A DNA stretch of 64,000 nucleotides from Vicugna vicugna (taxonomy: Eukaryota). The notes under the pieces were generated by a model, which did no database searches, had not been told where the DNA came from, and saw only the letters and a list, made by a program, of their open reading frames with translations. Each line of letters opens with the position of its first letter. Within the stretch, counting starts at the first letter, position 1. Made by a program: the position numbers and the translations under genes. Location of the stretch: the NCBI GenBank assembly GCA_013265495.1, contig MU058781.1, forward strand, positions 6,600,522-6,664,521, in the 5' to 3' direction. Positions 23,742 through 36,747 of the stretch are shown here, piece after piece.

Positions 23742-26700
23742 CTACAGAAATGAAGCAAAAGTCAGCCGTGAGCTCCTTATAGCATGTGTACTGTTGAGAC
23801 AGGTTGTAAGTGCTCTGCTGTTAAAGGCATTCACCTTCACATGTTTAGTGTTTTTTGTGTTTCTGAATTTGGTTAAGTCTAGTCACCTTTTGTGGACACA
23901 GGTCCATTATCCTCAGAGGTCTGTGAGTGTGAACCCAGTATCATCCAATATGAAGGAGATTTATTTTTTTCTGTGCTCACTCAATGCTGATAATTAGAAA
24001 CCTTCCCTCCCCTGGTTTAAAGGAAAGGACGGAAGGAAGTTCAGTGGACTTTTAATTAGTTCCTCGCAATTAGTTTTCAGCTAGATGTGTTTCCTTTCCT
24101 AATTAAGTGAGTAGAAGGGCAGCCAGAGGCAGAGAAGAGCTGCCGTTTCATTTGTTCTTACAATCCGCACCTTGGGGAGCAAAATGCAGGTGAATAAGAT
24201 GATTTGCAAAAAGTTTTCTGAGCTATTTTATGGCGAGGAAGGGCAGTGACACAAAGACACCCCTCCCCCGCAAGAGCAAAAGGGCAAAGAACACGATTTC
24301 AACATCCATTCTCAGTATTATACTAAATAGTGCAAGTCTGTAAAATACTAAACTAATCTGACTGTTTACTAGGGCTTCTGAGAAGCATGGATAGAGAATT
24401 TGACTAGCAGGTGAGGAAGACAGTGAGATTTAAATGAAAATCTCCTTTGTCAAATAGTTTTAGGTCCTGTTTATAAAGATTGGTGGACATGCAAGTGTGA
24501 GCATTATCAACTTTCAGTCTCTCTCGCTGAGTGAAAGATTCCTTTATATTTGGTGGGAAACAACGTAAAACACACGGCATCTTATTTTCAAATAAAAATC
24601 AATGAAATTATCTAGTCATTTAAAATTAACGTCATAAGCATCTGATGCCATTGCAAATATTCCTTTTCTCTTTTAAAATGTGACTTTCATCCGACAAATG
24701 TTCAACATCCATTACATGCCAGCCATTGTCCTAAGAACTGAGAATACCAGTGTTGAGCAAAGACAGGCATGGTCCCTGTCCTCAGGGAGTTACAACTGTG
24801 GGTCCTCGCTCTAAAAACAATCCTGGATGATGCCTGGGTGGATGAAATTTCATTCAGTATAACAACAGGGTCACTGTAAAGACCTAGAACCAAAACATTA
24901 ACCTAACTCATTAAAGTGTCATTTCAGGGGAGATAGAAAGAGAAGCAGGGAGAGGGGGAGGGAGAAGATGATGGGGATGGAGAGCAGATATGGCTGATGG
25001 GAGTTTACAAGTGGAGAAAAATTTCATCTACTTTATTCCATAGCAATATTTTCTATCTTGTAAGATGCTAAATACCTAAAAATAGCTTAATATTCTTCAG
25101 TGCTTCTTGGGTTTTAAAATGACTTGAATACAAATTATTTAAAAGCATCAGGAGCCTTAATTCCTTGGCTATTAATCAAAGGTGACTATCAAATGTCAGT
25201 GATAAAGTTGCAGAAATTAGCAAAACAAAACTTTTAGCAACACTAACCTTGCTATCTTATCTTTAGCTGCATTCTAATTAAGTAGCACAGTTAAAAAGGG
25301 GGTGGGGTAGAGAGATCTTTTCCCGGGGTTGGAGGGAACACTGGTAAAGGAGCAAAAATTGGACAGAATTACCTGAATCAGTAACTTTTGCTGTATTTTC
25401 TAGATTCCCTACTTCACTTATTTAGACTCAAAATTGAATTTTAAGTGTTTATTCCTCTTACATTTCTTTTTGATTTAAGCTGCTTTAGTCCCCAAAGCCC
25501 AGGAATCCCTAATGCAATTAATTACTAAGAAGTTGTTGCAAGGAAAACCAAATTTGAAGATGCGGATTTGTAACTCGGGGCCCCTTTTATGCCTGAAGTT
25601 ATTTCTTCTGAACACTGAGGGAAGGTCTGTCATCCTAAAACACAACTCTGCCAAGTGAAACATTCACTTGTGAGTTTAATGTGTAGAAATAGGTATACAT
25701 TTATTAAAATCCCAAAGATAAACAATTATTCCTAAAGGATTAGAATGACTTTGGCAAAATGGAAGAGTCTACAAAAACCCTATGAGATGAAGTTCAAACA
25801 GGGATCAGCACGTAGTTATGCAGTTGGGGTAGGGATAGGGGTGCGAGAGTGACCCAAAGAGAAAAGTGAAAGGAGTAGGGGCAAGTAGTTCCAGAAGAAA
25901 GAAAACTGAGGAGCGAGGAATCATTCTCCAGCATGTAATAAAAGGAAGCATAAAGTCTGTAAAGTTATTGCCTTCAAGGAGAAAAGAGAGGACTTAATTG
26001 ATTTAAGCTGTATTTTAAGGGAATTTGGTTAGACATTTTATACCAGAAATATTATTTATCACTGTATCTTAAAGGAGATGAAGCATCTTCCTACTATGTC
26101 TGAAGGACCGAAAAAAAAAATGAAAGCTCTTCCTAAGAGTGGAGTATGGCGTCAAGTTCTCAGGCTTCTCTATGGCTACAGCCTTCACGATTTGATTTTT
26201 GAGATTTAGTTTATGCAGCTGATACCCACTTACAGACAAAATACCTTGATTTTAAAAAGGGATCAAAACCTACATTAAAGCAGTGACCTTCTGCAAAGAC
26301 GTTCACCCAATTAAAGTCATTTTCACTCCCACTGTAATCAGAGAGATGGTCTATGTTTTCGGGAAGACCCCATAGGCCGAGGTTCCCCAGGCACTTCTGT
26401 CCATGGTATTGAGGGCAGGGCAGCCCCTTTTAAGAAGCAGCAGGAGCAGCAGGGTGACTGCATCTGCACTGCCTCTGGGAGCCCCTGGAGTCACTGGGGC
26501 CAGCCCAATTCTGCCAAGGATGGGGCCTTAGTTCTCATGCTCTTGTTAACTGTGAGACCTTGGGTAAGTCACTCAACAAGCCTTGTGTTTCTTCTGTAAA
26601 ACAAGAGACATAAATCATATGCTGCCTATGCAAGATCTAGGAGAGGGCGAACTGACTTTCTTTCTGCTCTTCTGTCTACTTCATGACTTAAAAAGAGTCT

Positions 26701-26810
26701 CCAGAGGCTTACTGTTGCCTATACTTATTCATGGGAGACACAAAGTGCATTTGTGTATCTTCTCAAATTGATCAGATAGCAACATGTTGCTTTAAGAATC
26801 AAGCATAGCT

Positions 26811-26955
26811 TACACAAGATCTTATGGTAGCTAACAGAGAAAAAAATGTGACAATGAATATATATACGTTCATGTATAACTGAAAAATTGTGCTTTACAC
26901 TGGAATTTGACACAACATTGTAAAATGATTATAAATCAATAAAAATGTTTAAAAA
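26811..26955 (+). mobile_element. 5'-truncated young L1 3' end with perfect 17-bp TSD
   Basis: L1 3' UTR with aataaa and A tail; TSD aagaatcaagcatagct at 26794-26810 and 26956-26972. Confidence 0.88.
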
Positions 26956-29067
26956 AAGAATCAAGCATAGCTGTATTTACTATACTTTCTGTGAAATTAC
27001 ATGTTACTTTGGTAATAGATGGGCTGTAAAATAAAAGGAACAATGTCTTGATATTGCTTCTCAAAAATGATTGCCAACTTACTTGATCAGAGTGAACCAC
27101 TGATTGACCCTCTAATTTTTTTCAAGAGTGGAAAAGGAAATAAAGTGAGTAGGGAACACCGGCATAAAGCAGTTTATACCCATTTATAAGAGGAGAAATA
27201 AAATGAAAGCTTCTCCAAGAGAAACTAGAATGTCAAATCAAGCCAGTAATACCCTTAAAATCTACCAAAACATCCTCGAAAAGCTGCTGTCTGAAATATA
27301 TCAGTCCAATGGTTTTGGAGGTGAAGAGCAGATGGAGGGCTAGATTTCTCAGGAGCATAGAGGCAGATCTCTCAGATAAGAGCCCAGCAAGAAAAATGGT
27401 ACCATCAAACCCTGCTTAGTGGGTTTCATGGTGTGTTTGATCACACAGAGTCTGCTACTCAAAACTTCCTGCATCAAGAGAATCTGGTTCCATCCTACTC
27501 TCTGCTAGCTCAAAGCCCTGAGACAGGTTTTATTTTAAAATAATAAAAGGAAAGGAAAGAAAGTAACTATGAAGCAAACTGTGAACAGTGGAATGAACTA
27601 TCTGCCGGGGCTGCCCCAGAAGGGCCATCTAGCAGTCCCACGGTGGGGTGTTCTACCAAAATGTGTTGTTAAAACAGGTTTAAATTTAGTGCCCATGCAC
27701 TGTGGTGAGAGGTGCCACATCAAAGACAGATCTGAGCAGCCAGAGAACGAGCAGGAGTGACCACCCAGCCACCCGGCCTTGCTAGCCCTGTGCTGCAGCA
27801 ATGATTAATTAAGCAGGGGGAGGGCAGACAAGTGACTGAGCAGCTCATTGAGATCAGAGAGATGGAGAAGCAGCTGTTGATATGCACCCTTCTCCGGCAG
27901 GAATGAGGGTGGGAACTTTGGAACAGAAGGACAGGGAGAACACAGGGACAAAGAGGAGAAGAGTGACAGAGAGGGGAGGGGAAAACGGTGCCTCTTCTTC
28001 CCTCCTCAGTGGACAGAAGGAACAAAGTCATTTATGAAGCTCCCAGCGCCTGGAGCAGGCAGGTGAGGTTCCAGACCGCCTCACGCAGTGTGTGTGACCA
28101 CATATTCTAGGACTGTTAAAGGGCCTCACGCCGACGACCCTTTGGAATGGGTCTGACATGGAGCAGCCGGGAAAGGAAACGTCCCACGCTCTGCGCACAG
28201 AGCAGACCATGTGTGGACAAGAGCATCGAGCTCCAAGCTGCCTCACGTCCTCAGAGTCTAGGAAACCACAGGAGAGTGAAAGCTGAGACAAAATCAGGGA
28301 ATTCTTTCCAGGCCTGAGAATACACAGTTTTGTTTTTACATTGAGGTATCGTTTCTAATCCAAAGTGCCTGGTACATAGCATCTTACAAACTATTTCTTG
28401 AATTTGAAATTTGAAAACCAAGTGCTAGGGAATGAGGCTTTACAGGTAGAGTTTCAACCTACCTGTGGGAAAATACAGATAAGCAATCCTGAAAGCAGGA
28501 CTGATACCAAGGGAGTCGGGATCTATTTTGCCAGCAAATTAAAAGAGGCCACCTGAGCGGTATGGATGATGGGCGGTGACGGACTGTGGAGCAGCCACAG
28601 ACTACAGAATAATCTTGGCAATAGCATCAGGCAACATGAAAAAAGCTTTCAAACACACCCACAACTAAAGGCATGACTACTTACTCCAAGTGAGTGCAAT
28701 TCCTCTAGGTAGATTAACTTCAGAATCTGGGCAGTGTGTATAGGCACATTAGAAAGATTCAGTGTTAGTTAAAGTGATCTCTGGGTTACACCTTTTAAAG
28801 ACTAGAATCATTACAAGTGCCTTTTCCCCCTTTTTTGAAGCAAATTTATACTAAACAAATTAATCAATCATTTAGAAAAATCACAGGTCACAGCCATGTT
28901 CATGCAAAATTTCATTACCAATGATCATGTGTTGTTTTTTTTTTTAAAAAAAAGCCAAGATCTAATACATATCTTAATTTCTTCTAAAGTATGTGGATGA
29001 TTGTCTGTGATGAAAGGGCCTTAAACCCACCACCAGGCAATATGACAGAAACGGTTCCAGCACTTAC

Positions 29068-29169
29068 AATCTTCTTCTCACGTTTGCTATTGTGTTCTAC
29101 TGGCATGCTGCCATTGCTTCCTGGGGGTACAATGCAGCCAGGGTTATGTGCCTGAGATGGAGGCATGCT
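29068..29169 (-). CDS. KIF13A: KIF13A exon ~38, 102-nt symmetric cassette exon
   Basis: SMPPSQAHNPGCIVPPGSNGSMPVEHNSKREKKI; ctttgcag acceptor and gtaagt donor; phase 0-0. Confidence 0.93.
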
Positions 29170-29684
29170 CTGCAAAGGTTAAGACACACAGACGCATCAC
29201 ACACAGGAGACGACGGCCCAAATACACATTAAGTCCGTGCAAGTTAGAAAAGCAACACCAACACTTCTACCACACGCAAGTAGTGCAGCAAACAATTCTG
29301 CAGGCTTGAGTTACATTACTGATGAAATCGGACAGGACTACGCGGATTCTACGGCAAATAGCATTGCTGGATTTATCAAATTGGAAAAAAAAGCCTTTAA
29401 TACTTTCAAAACACCTAGGGAACACCTCTTTCTCACGTAAAGGTAATAAACACTTGGGAAAAAGGCATAATAAACGCAAAGAAAACAAGGGCAGTAACGA
29501 CAAGCAGAAACTTCTACTCTGACCCTGTGTGCCTGAGAAAGAGGTATTCCAGGACAGGGTCCATGGAGCGACAACCCACACACGTCAGCATGCAGCTTCT
29601 GACTTGTTAATGCAAACCGTGACTTCTCGGCAGGCGTAACGAGTCCACTCTATCGTACACGGTGTGGACAAGTCAAGCATTTAC

Positions 29685-29836
29685 CTCCTGGCTTAGAAGA
29701 GGCCTGGCTTCCAGAGCTATCCTCTTCTTATGCTCCTCTTTTACAGGCATTAGGGGCTTGAAAAACTTTGGCGGCTGAGGAGAGAATGCTTTAAAAGGGC
29801 TGACTGTTAAGGCATGAGGATTCTCTGACGTACAAC
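29685..29836 (-). CDS. KIF13A: KIF13A exon ~37
   Basis: 152 nt; CTSENPHALTVSPFKAFSPQPPKFFKPLMPVKEEHKKRIALEARPLLSQE. Confidence 0.96.
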
Positions 29837-29956
29837 CTGGGGAAGACAAAAGGCATGGGTTTTCAGGCACAGAGCACTTTAACCAACACACGGGAAGCGT
29901 GGTACTGACTGAGCCACCAGGATACCCGGTATGACAAAGAAATCAATGTGCTAATA

Positions 29957-30130
29957 CAGTTGACCCTTGAAAAACATGGGGTTTGAATTGTGGTGGGTCC
30001 ATTTACACGTGAATGTTTTTCAGTAAATACACAGTTTTTGCATCCGAGGATTAAGGAGGGCCGGCTATGGGACTTCAGTGTACGCAGGGGCTCCTGGAGC
30101 CAGTCCCCCGTGGATACTGAGGGGTGACTG
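29957..30130 (+). mobile_element. Non-autonomous Tigger-family (MER8/MER28-like) DNA transposon
   Basis: TA|cagttgaccct ... aggggtgactg|TA: imperfect terminal inverted repeats with TA target duplication. Confidence 0.85.
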
Positions 30131-31621
30131 TATGTGGCTAAGCATTAAAACAGAGATAGGCAAAATGGAGATGTAGCTACAAAGTTACAGTCATCAAAGG
30201 GCTGGACAGCGACAAAGAAATCAGAAACCAAATCTTCTACCTTCTTTCAAGATCCAGCTTAAGCACCACTTAACCAGATCAATTTCAACTTGTGCTGATT
30301 TTCTATTTCTCTGATTTCTCAGAGCTTTTATTATCTACACATACATTCTGGCACTTTGTCATTTACTAGCTTATTTTCTATATATCTCATTTCCACAGTT
30401 GGATTTTAAGATCGTAGCACCGTTTGGTATCTTTCACTATATATAGGAAGTAGAGGCTCAATATTCACTCAATGAGTATATCCTGTGAATATACTAATAT
30501 TCTCAATGAGCATATGCTGTGCACATACTAATACCGAATACTGCGTAAGTTTTTCTGCAAGCCACTTGTTCTCTCAAGCCACCCTGCTCCATATGCCTAA
30601 GGAAGGACAGCTCTTCTTTCTCACTTTTATTCATTTCTTACCCTTTGCGGGCCTCTATTTCTCCTTCTGTATTTTCCCCTCAATTCACTGGTTCAATGGC
30701 ACGGGGAAGGTAAAACACAAGGGCTCAGGTCACAGAGCTAATTTACATATCCAAAGAGCGCTGTTCCCTTCAGGGCACTGGGAGATTACATATTTAGGTA
30801 GTAATGCTGTCACTGATCAAATTCATTTCTGGTATCGTTTTTGGAATTCTTTCAGTAATCAGATACATGTTCTTCTAAAACATACCCTAATTAGAGTACA
30901 AATCCATGATGGAGGTAGACATTCTTTTGGTAAGGAATAAAATCTAACCAGAATGTAATGAGATTTGTGTGTGTCTCAAAACTGACCTCAAAATCAGGAG
31001 ATAACATATGAAATGTGACCTGAAAATTCTAAAGTGTTACACAAAAAGCCTATTATAATTTGGATGCTATAATGGATACAAAGCAGAAAAAAAATCAAAT
31101 ATGTGGACAGGATAAGTTCTAATCAAGAAGACAGTTTTGTTCTGCTCCAGAGGCTTCATCGGTGCCTTCCAGGAAGCCCTCTCCTCACCTCTGACTGGAG
31201 CTTCATCCCTATGGCTGAGAGAATTCCCACCTCCTTGGGTCGTGAACTGAAACTCCTGAGGTTTCAGGACTGGGACCAGGACTCACAGCTGAAAGTCAAC
31301 GACCTCAAAAAAATGTTGGCAGACAGATGTTTCTGCCCACTCTGTGAAAAATGAAGTGGTCCCCCTGAGTACAACCGTACCCTGAATTGTATGATGTATA
31401 AAATTCTTTTGTTATTCTGAAGTTCTTTTGAAATATGGAGAGAATAAATCAGCACTACACCAAAAAAAAAAAAAAAAGACAGTTTTGGATCACTTTGCAT
31501 TTAGCAAACTAGAATTTTAGCCTCCCATCTTTTTATATATGTCATCTCTAAAAGAACACGCCCCCATGCTTTTCCTAAGAAATTATAAAGAAATAACACA
31601 GAAAGCCAATCTCACCACTAC

Positions 31622-31727
31622 CTTCTTTACTTCTTCGAGGTGAATCCCTGGGTAAAGTTCCATAACACGATATGTCCTGGTAACTGGGGCTACAGTCAGA
31701 CATGTCTAACTGGTTCTCTTGCCAACC
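31622..31727 (-). CDS. KIF13A: KIF13A exon ~36
   Basis: 106 nt; GWQENQLDMSDCSPSYQDISCYGTLPRDSPRRSKE(G). Confidence 0.94.
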
Positions 31728-32042
31728 CTACAAGGTAAAAACATGCGTTAACTGTAAGTAGTCCCTCTAAAATGAGAAATAGAGCCCAGATTGGAATTTT
31801 TCTACTTTTTAGTGGCAGTATGTGCTCTTCTTTATTTTTATTACACAATGTATCAAACATGTAGAAAAGTACGGGATAATATGACAAGTGCTGTCATAAC
31901 CGAGGTAACCTGGAGTGAATAAATGTTGATAATTTATTATACTTGTTCAAGAGTTTTTAGAAATCATTACAAATAGAACGAAATTCTCTTTTCAACCCCT
32001 ATAGGTCCCATTCATCCACTTTTATAAAGTTGGTTATGTATC

Positions 32043-32157
32043 TAGGGAGACCAGATAATTTAAAGACCAAACCAAAACACTTTTGAGAGTAAACCTGTTC
32101 TATTAATAATTTCTCCTGGGTACTAGGCATAAACTGGGACTGCCTCAGGCAAACGAC
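32043..32157 (+). mobile_element. MER81-like hAT-Blackjack fragment
   Basis: tagggagaccagataattta...acacttttgagagt...ctattaataatt...taaactgggactg. Confidence 0.65.
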
Positions 32158-32750
32158 TTGAGATTTAAAAGATTCGAGCCAGCATAAGATATTGGTACAC
32201 TAAAGGGAGAAAACTTCTCTTAAATATTGTATAAGCTTATTTAATCTTACTTCAACTTCTCAGGAGATGGCTATCTCTAAGGACTAGATTTTCAACTTCT
32301 TGAAGACATAATCTGTGTTTATACTTTTGAATCATCCACAGTCCCTAGTATAGTAATTCACATACATGTTCAAGAAATATTTGAATAAGATAATGCCGCA
32401 AAATGTCCTTAATTTCAAGTTCCTAATTTTCCCCATTTGAAATAATTTTGACCTTGCCATGGTAGATGTATACCTTAAGTCATTTAGACTTAGACCCATA
32501 AACACATAAATATTTATTCAATCATGTGTGCTGTCATCCTGATATGGAGAGTATCACACTAAGAAACAATGTAACACTCAAAGTGCACAGCAATTTCACA
32601 TCAAGTATTTGAACTTGGAAATGGACGTGTGGAGACAATGATCTGCATTAGATTAAGATGGAGTGTCCAGAGATTTTAAAAACACCAAGATACCCTAACT
32701 TTCCAGACTTAGATTCTGCTAATAACCTGGCCATGCCCACAGGTACACAC

Positions 32751-32798
32751 TTTATCATCATCGTCAAATCCAGAAAGGTCTGGTCGACTGGAGGAGAC
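32751..32798 (-). CDS. KIF13A: KIF13A exon ~35
   Basis: 48 nt; VSSSRPDLSGFDDDDK; weak donor AAA|gtgtgt. Confidence 0.92.
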
Positions 32799-33939
32799 CT
32801 ATAAGAGATGAACGGTTTTATCAATGTGGCTTATATATTTAGCATAACTAACTAAATAAAATATCACATATACAGTTGGACGCTGATTTTCCTTCCCCTC
32901 TTTTTTCTTCTAACATTTATTATTCCCTTCTTTATTTGAACTTATTATAACTGTATTCTAACATTTGTTATTACCTTCTTTAAAAATATTCTGATTTTCT
33001 TTTTCTAACTTAAAAAATTGTATCCACAAATATTTCTCTTTAACTGGAACTGCTTCCTTCAAGTATTGGTATATGTATCTTTTTTTATTATCACCTAGTT
33101 CTAAGCACATCTTAATTTCCATTATGATCTCTTTGATGCCTAAATTAATTAGAAGACTTTTTTTTTTCAATTTACAACTGTCTGAGTCTCTTACTGTCAA
33201 TTTCTAATAACTGAACTGTGGTCAGAAGTAATGTGTATGAAAGTGATTATAGGGTTTGCTTTTCAGCTTACTGTAAGACCAGTTTCATAAATGTTCACCA
33301 TGTGAACATTTTAATCATTATTTGGCAATTCTTGAGAATGGGAGGGCAGATAACAGTTTTTCTTGAGAGAACATGACTTTTAGTCTGCTGCTTCTGGAAA
33401 AAGCCTACTTTGAAGTGGTCCATGGACTGCTCTGTCCTTTCTTCCCATGATAGCATCTCCCTCCACTAGGAGCAGGTCTGTCATTTGGATTTTCCAGATG
33501 GAATGATTGAGGAAGGTAATAAAAAGAAAGAGACAAGGCTCTGCGGGAGGGTCTACATGGAGGTGGCCAGCGCCCTCTTACACTGATGGGCAGCACAGTA
33601 AAATCCATCAGCACAGCTGGAACGGGGCATCTAAACAGACTCAAGAGCGGCACCAGGACTGTTAGCTGATTCTTCCATCCTTCAGCCAGCTGCATTCCAC
33701 TTAGATCTCAAGAAACTTCTTTCAAGGACATAACTTTACAGAGAGAAATTTGCAAGACTGCCCTAAAAGCTCGGTCACAGCACCTGTAACGGCTCTCTGG
33801 CGTGCTTCCCTAGAACAGAGGAGTGGGGTGCCGAATGTTCTGTTCCCACCTGTAAACCCCAACCTGAGGTCCCCTCACGTGCCACACCCCGAACCCCGAG
33901 ATACATCACGTGGGCAGCAGGCCCTGGCGGGGTGCTCAC

Positions 33940-34017
33940 GTTGTGAACGTTTGGCGTGCTGAGGCTCCTGCGCAGGTGCCGGGCCTTGGTGGAAAGGGCT
34001 TCCTTCACCGTGACCGC
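33940..34017 (-). CDS. KIF13A: KIF13A exon ~34
   Basis: 78 nt; AVTVKEALSTKARHLRRSLSTPNVHN; contains RSLSTP, a mode-1 14-3-3-type motif (RSxSxP). Confidence 0.96.
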
Positions 34018-34569
34018 CTATAAGTTTGAAAATAACATTTACTGTTCTTCCTCTGCTGACAAAAGTAATATATGGTGGCAGTATACATTGTGGAAGATTT
34101 AGAAAACATAAAGATCATTTCAATCCTATACCCCTCCCCCCATATAGATAACAAAACTGGAATCTTACTGTATCTATTCTACTTTTTTTCTCTTTTTTTT
34201 GGCTTAATCTATCAAAAACATTTTTCATAAATAAAGCCAGGAAAACTGCTCAACTAAAAACATGTTGTGGATTTTTAGACAGAAGGGCAGAGAAAAATGT
34301 GGAAGAAATATTGATAAGTGTATGTCTCACTTGCAAAAACTACAGTCAACTTTTATGCTATTTGTGCTTCACTCGCGCAGCAGTTTGGGGAGAATTTCTC
34401 CTAAAGGAAGACTTTTCGGACAGACGCCAGTCTTAGTCCTCTTGTCATTCAAAGCACACTTCACATGACTTCAACTAATGACACCTCCCGGGTAGTGCCA
34501 CTACCTAACGGATTATTTTCACCTGAATATCCCGCTTTTCCCACAGAAGTTAACCTGGGCCAGAACTTA

Positions 34570-34830
34570 GGGAGCCAGTACATGGTTAGGCATGTGGACT
34601 CTGGAGTCAAGCTTCTTGGGTTTGTATTTGACTTTTGCCACTTCTTAGCTGTGTCATCTTGGGCAGGTTGGCTAACTTCTGTCAGCCTCAATTTTCTTAT
34701 TTATAAATGGGAATTATGATAGTGTTTACCTTACAGGGTTATCTCAAAGATTAAATGAAATAATGTATCAAAATGACAGGCTCACGGCTTCAGCAGGAGG
34801 TATTCAATAAAATGTATTTAAATTTTTGTT
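34570..34830 (+). mobile_element. MIR SINE
   Basis: gactctggagtcaa...gccacttcttagctgtgt..cttgggcaggtt...cagcctcaattttcttatttataaatggg, the MIR core. Confidence 0.75.
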
Positions 34831-34993
34831 ACTATTTTGTCAAAGTGACTATCTTGTCTAATGAGATGGCTACTCAAGTTTTCCTTCTCTGATAGATTTA
34901 GAGAGAAGGTGTTTGGTAAATAAATACATCCTTGTCTGTCTGGGGTGGAAGCTGGTCATTTCACCCTCCAGTCCAGATGCTGCAGGTACTCGC

Positions 34994-35146
34994 CTGCCGG
35001 AGCCGCTCAAGGCTCAGAATGTTCTCCACCTGCAGCACGCCCCGGGTGTACTTCTCAATGTACGTCTCCCCGTCTGCCGTGCCTTCATTTTCACTCCTTG
35101 CTGCCATGAGGGCCAGTGTTTCCCGGTCCTCAATCTCCTCTGTTGC
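34994..35146 (-). CDS. KIF13A: KIF13A exon ~33 (followed by a GC donor)
   Basis: 153 nt; ATEEIEDRETLALMAARSENEGTADGETYIEKYTRGVLQVENILSLERLRQ; donor CAG|gcgagt. Confidence 0.95.
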
Positions 35147-35221
35147 CTGGCATGACAAGAAGGCAATTAGAATACATTTATATGAACAATACTCTTCTCA
35201 AAACTGTGGTGAGAAGACGAT

Positions 35222-35349
35222 TTAATAACCTTTAATGGGAAAAAAATAACGAAAACGAACATATGCATGTATATGCATAACTGGGATACTGTGCTGTACA
35301 CCAGAGATAGACACATTGTAACTGATTGTACTTCAATTAAAAAAAAAAG
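35222..35349 (+). mobile_element. L1 3' end fragment in the short intron between exons ~32 and ~33
   Basis: tgtgctgtacaccagag...gacacattgtaactga...poly(A). Confidence 0.8.
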
Positions 35350-35410
35350 TTTTGAGAATTAATGCATTCTCCATTACTTTGATAACTTTACAATATAATA
35401 TACACTTTAC

Positions 35411-35503
35411 CTTTGGTATGTTGGATACTATTTCATAGGTTACACCACAGGAATAAAATATATTTTTCAATGATATTCGCCTCTTCAAACTCTGGGTGAA
35501 ACT
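35411..35503 (-). CDS. KIF13A: KIF13A exon ~32 (93 nt, symmetric)
   Basis: SFTQSLKRRISLKNIFYSCGVTYEIVSNIPK; AG/GT; phase 0-0. Confidence 0.95.
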
Positions 35504-36183
35504 CTGGTAGAAAAGGAAAGCTGAATTAAGCGATGTGGAAAATATAAATTGTTTAGTATTTTACAAACAGTAAATGCACCATCACTTACTATGTTTCTGA
35601 TACACACACGATACTTAGCAAAAAAAACAAAATTCTGAGCTAAAAAAATCCTTGTCTCCATCCTAAAGGACAATAATGTCCAGCTGTTATTCAGCGATTA
35701 GAATCCAGGTGTTTTTGTTTTTGTTTTTGTTTTTGTTTTGTGGTTGCTCCTTCCTCCTACTTGCTGTCTCCTTGATCCAGTTGGGGTTTCATCAGTCTAT
35801 CCTGGCAAAGCCAGAAGAAAACTCAGGAGCAATGTTGCTGACAGCACCTCTGAGATGAGATCTAGGGAGGCATCAGGTTAGGAATTTTGCCCTGGTTTTG
35901 TCACTAACCCGCTTGGACCTGGCATTTAGCCTTTTTCAAACAGTGAAATGTCATAACTCCACTGCCTCGTAGGATTATGGGTCTCAAATCAGTCCAGGTG
36001 GAAAAGTCCTTTAGTGGATGACATTCACCTCTGCTATCCTCATGCTCTGTTACCTTTGATAAATGAGGCCAGGACGGTAGCAGTTTGCACAGCCCCTGTA
36101 TTAATGCCCCAGAACACTGCTCTGTGATAGAAGGAAACAGCTTTGAGTTCATACACGCAATGGCAGAATCAGGCCGTTACTAC

Positions 36184-36360
36184 CTGTTTGTTGTAAATAT
36201 TGGCCGCAATCCGTTTTCGTAAGACTAGCTCCATAGCAGCTGGGTGGCTGAGCTGGACTGTGGTCTTCACGATCAGGTAAATTCTTTCATTCTGTGGGGT
36301 GACCCTATTCAAGTGGATAGAATCATGCACCGAGGAGTCCCAAGAGGCGGTGGCTGAAAC
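36184..36360 (-). CDS. KIF13A: KIF13A exon ~31
   Basis: 177 nt; VSATASWDSSVHDSIHLNRVTPQNERIYLIVKTTVQLSHPAAMELVLRKRIAANIYNKQ, the kinesin-3 tail motif WDSS-H-S--LNRVT. Confidence 0.97.
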
Positions 36361-36622
36361 CTAGGGGGAGGGGAAGCACGGGGCCACGGAAACAAGACAA
36401 CTCAGGTGTTGCAGTTTTACATCACACACTAGAGAAAGACAGTAAGGGCAGCTCTACTGAATCCCAGATGTTTTTCCTCGCCTTTTACAACACCATTCTA
36501 TTCTTTTAAAGTTCCCAGTCCTCTTCCCCCATGCCCAGACCACAGCAGTTTAATGGGAACACAGGCCCATAGGCATGTGCACTAACCTGAAGCCCTCTGA
36601 GAGGATCTTAAGGGCCACTGAC

Positions 36623-36747
36623 CTCCTCATCACTGTGCTTTATGATGGGCAGGTAGAAAAACTGGCTGCCATGCTCCTTGGGGAGGATGGAGTTCACGCC
36701 TGATGCATGGGGGCCCACGAGCTGCTCGTTGGCACTGAGGTCATCCG
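36623..36747 (-). CDS. KIF13A: KIF13A exon ~30
   Basis: 125 nt; (A)DDLSANEQLVGPHASGVNSILPKEHGSQFFYLPIIKHSDEE. Confidence 0.96.
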
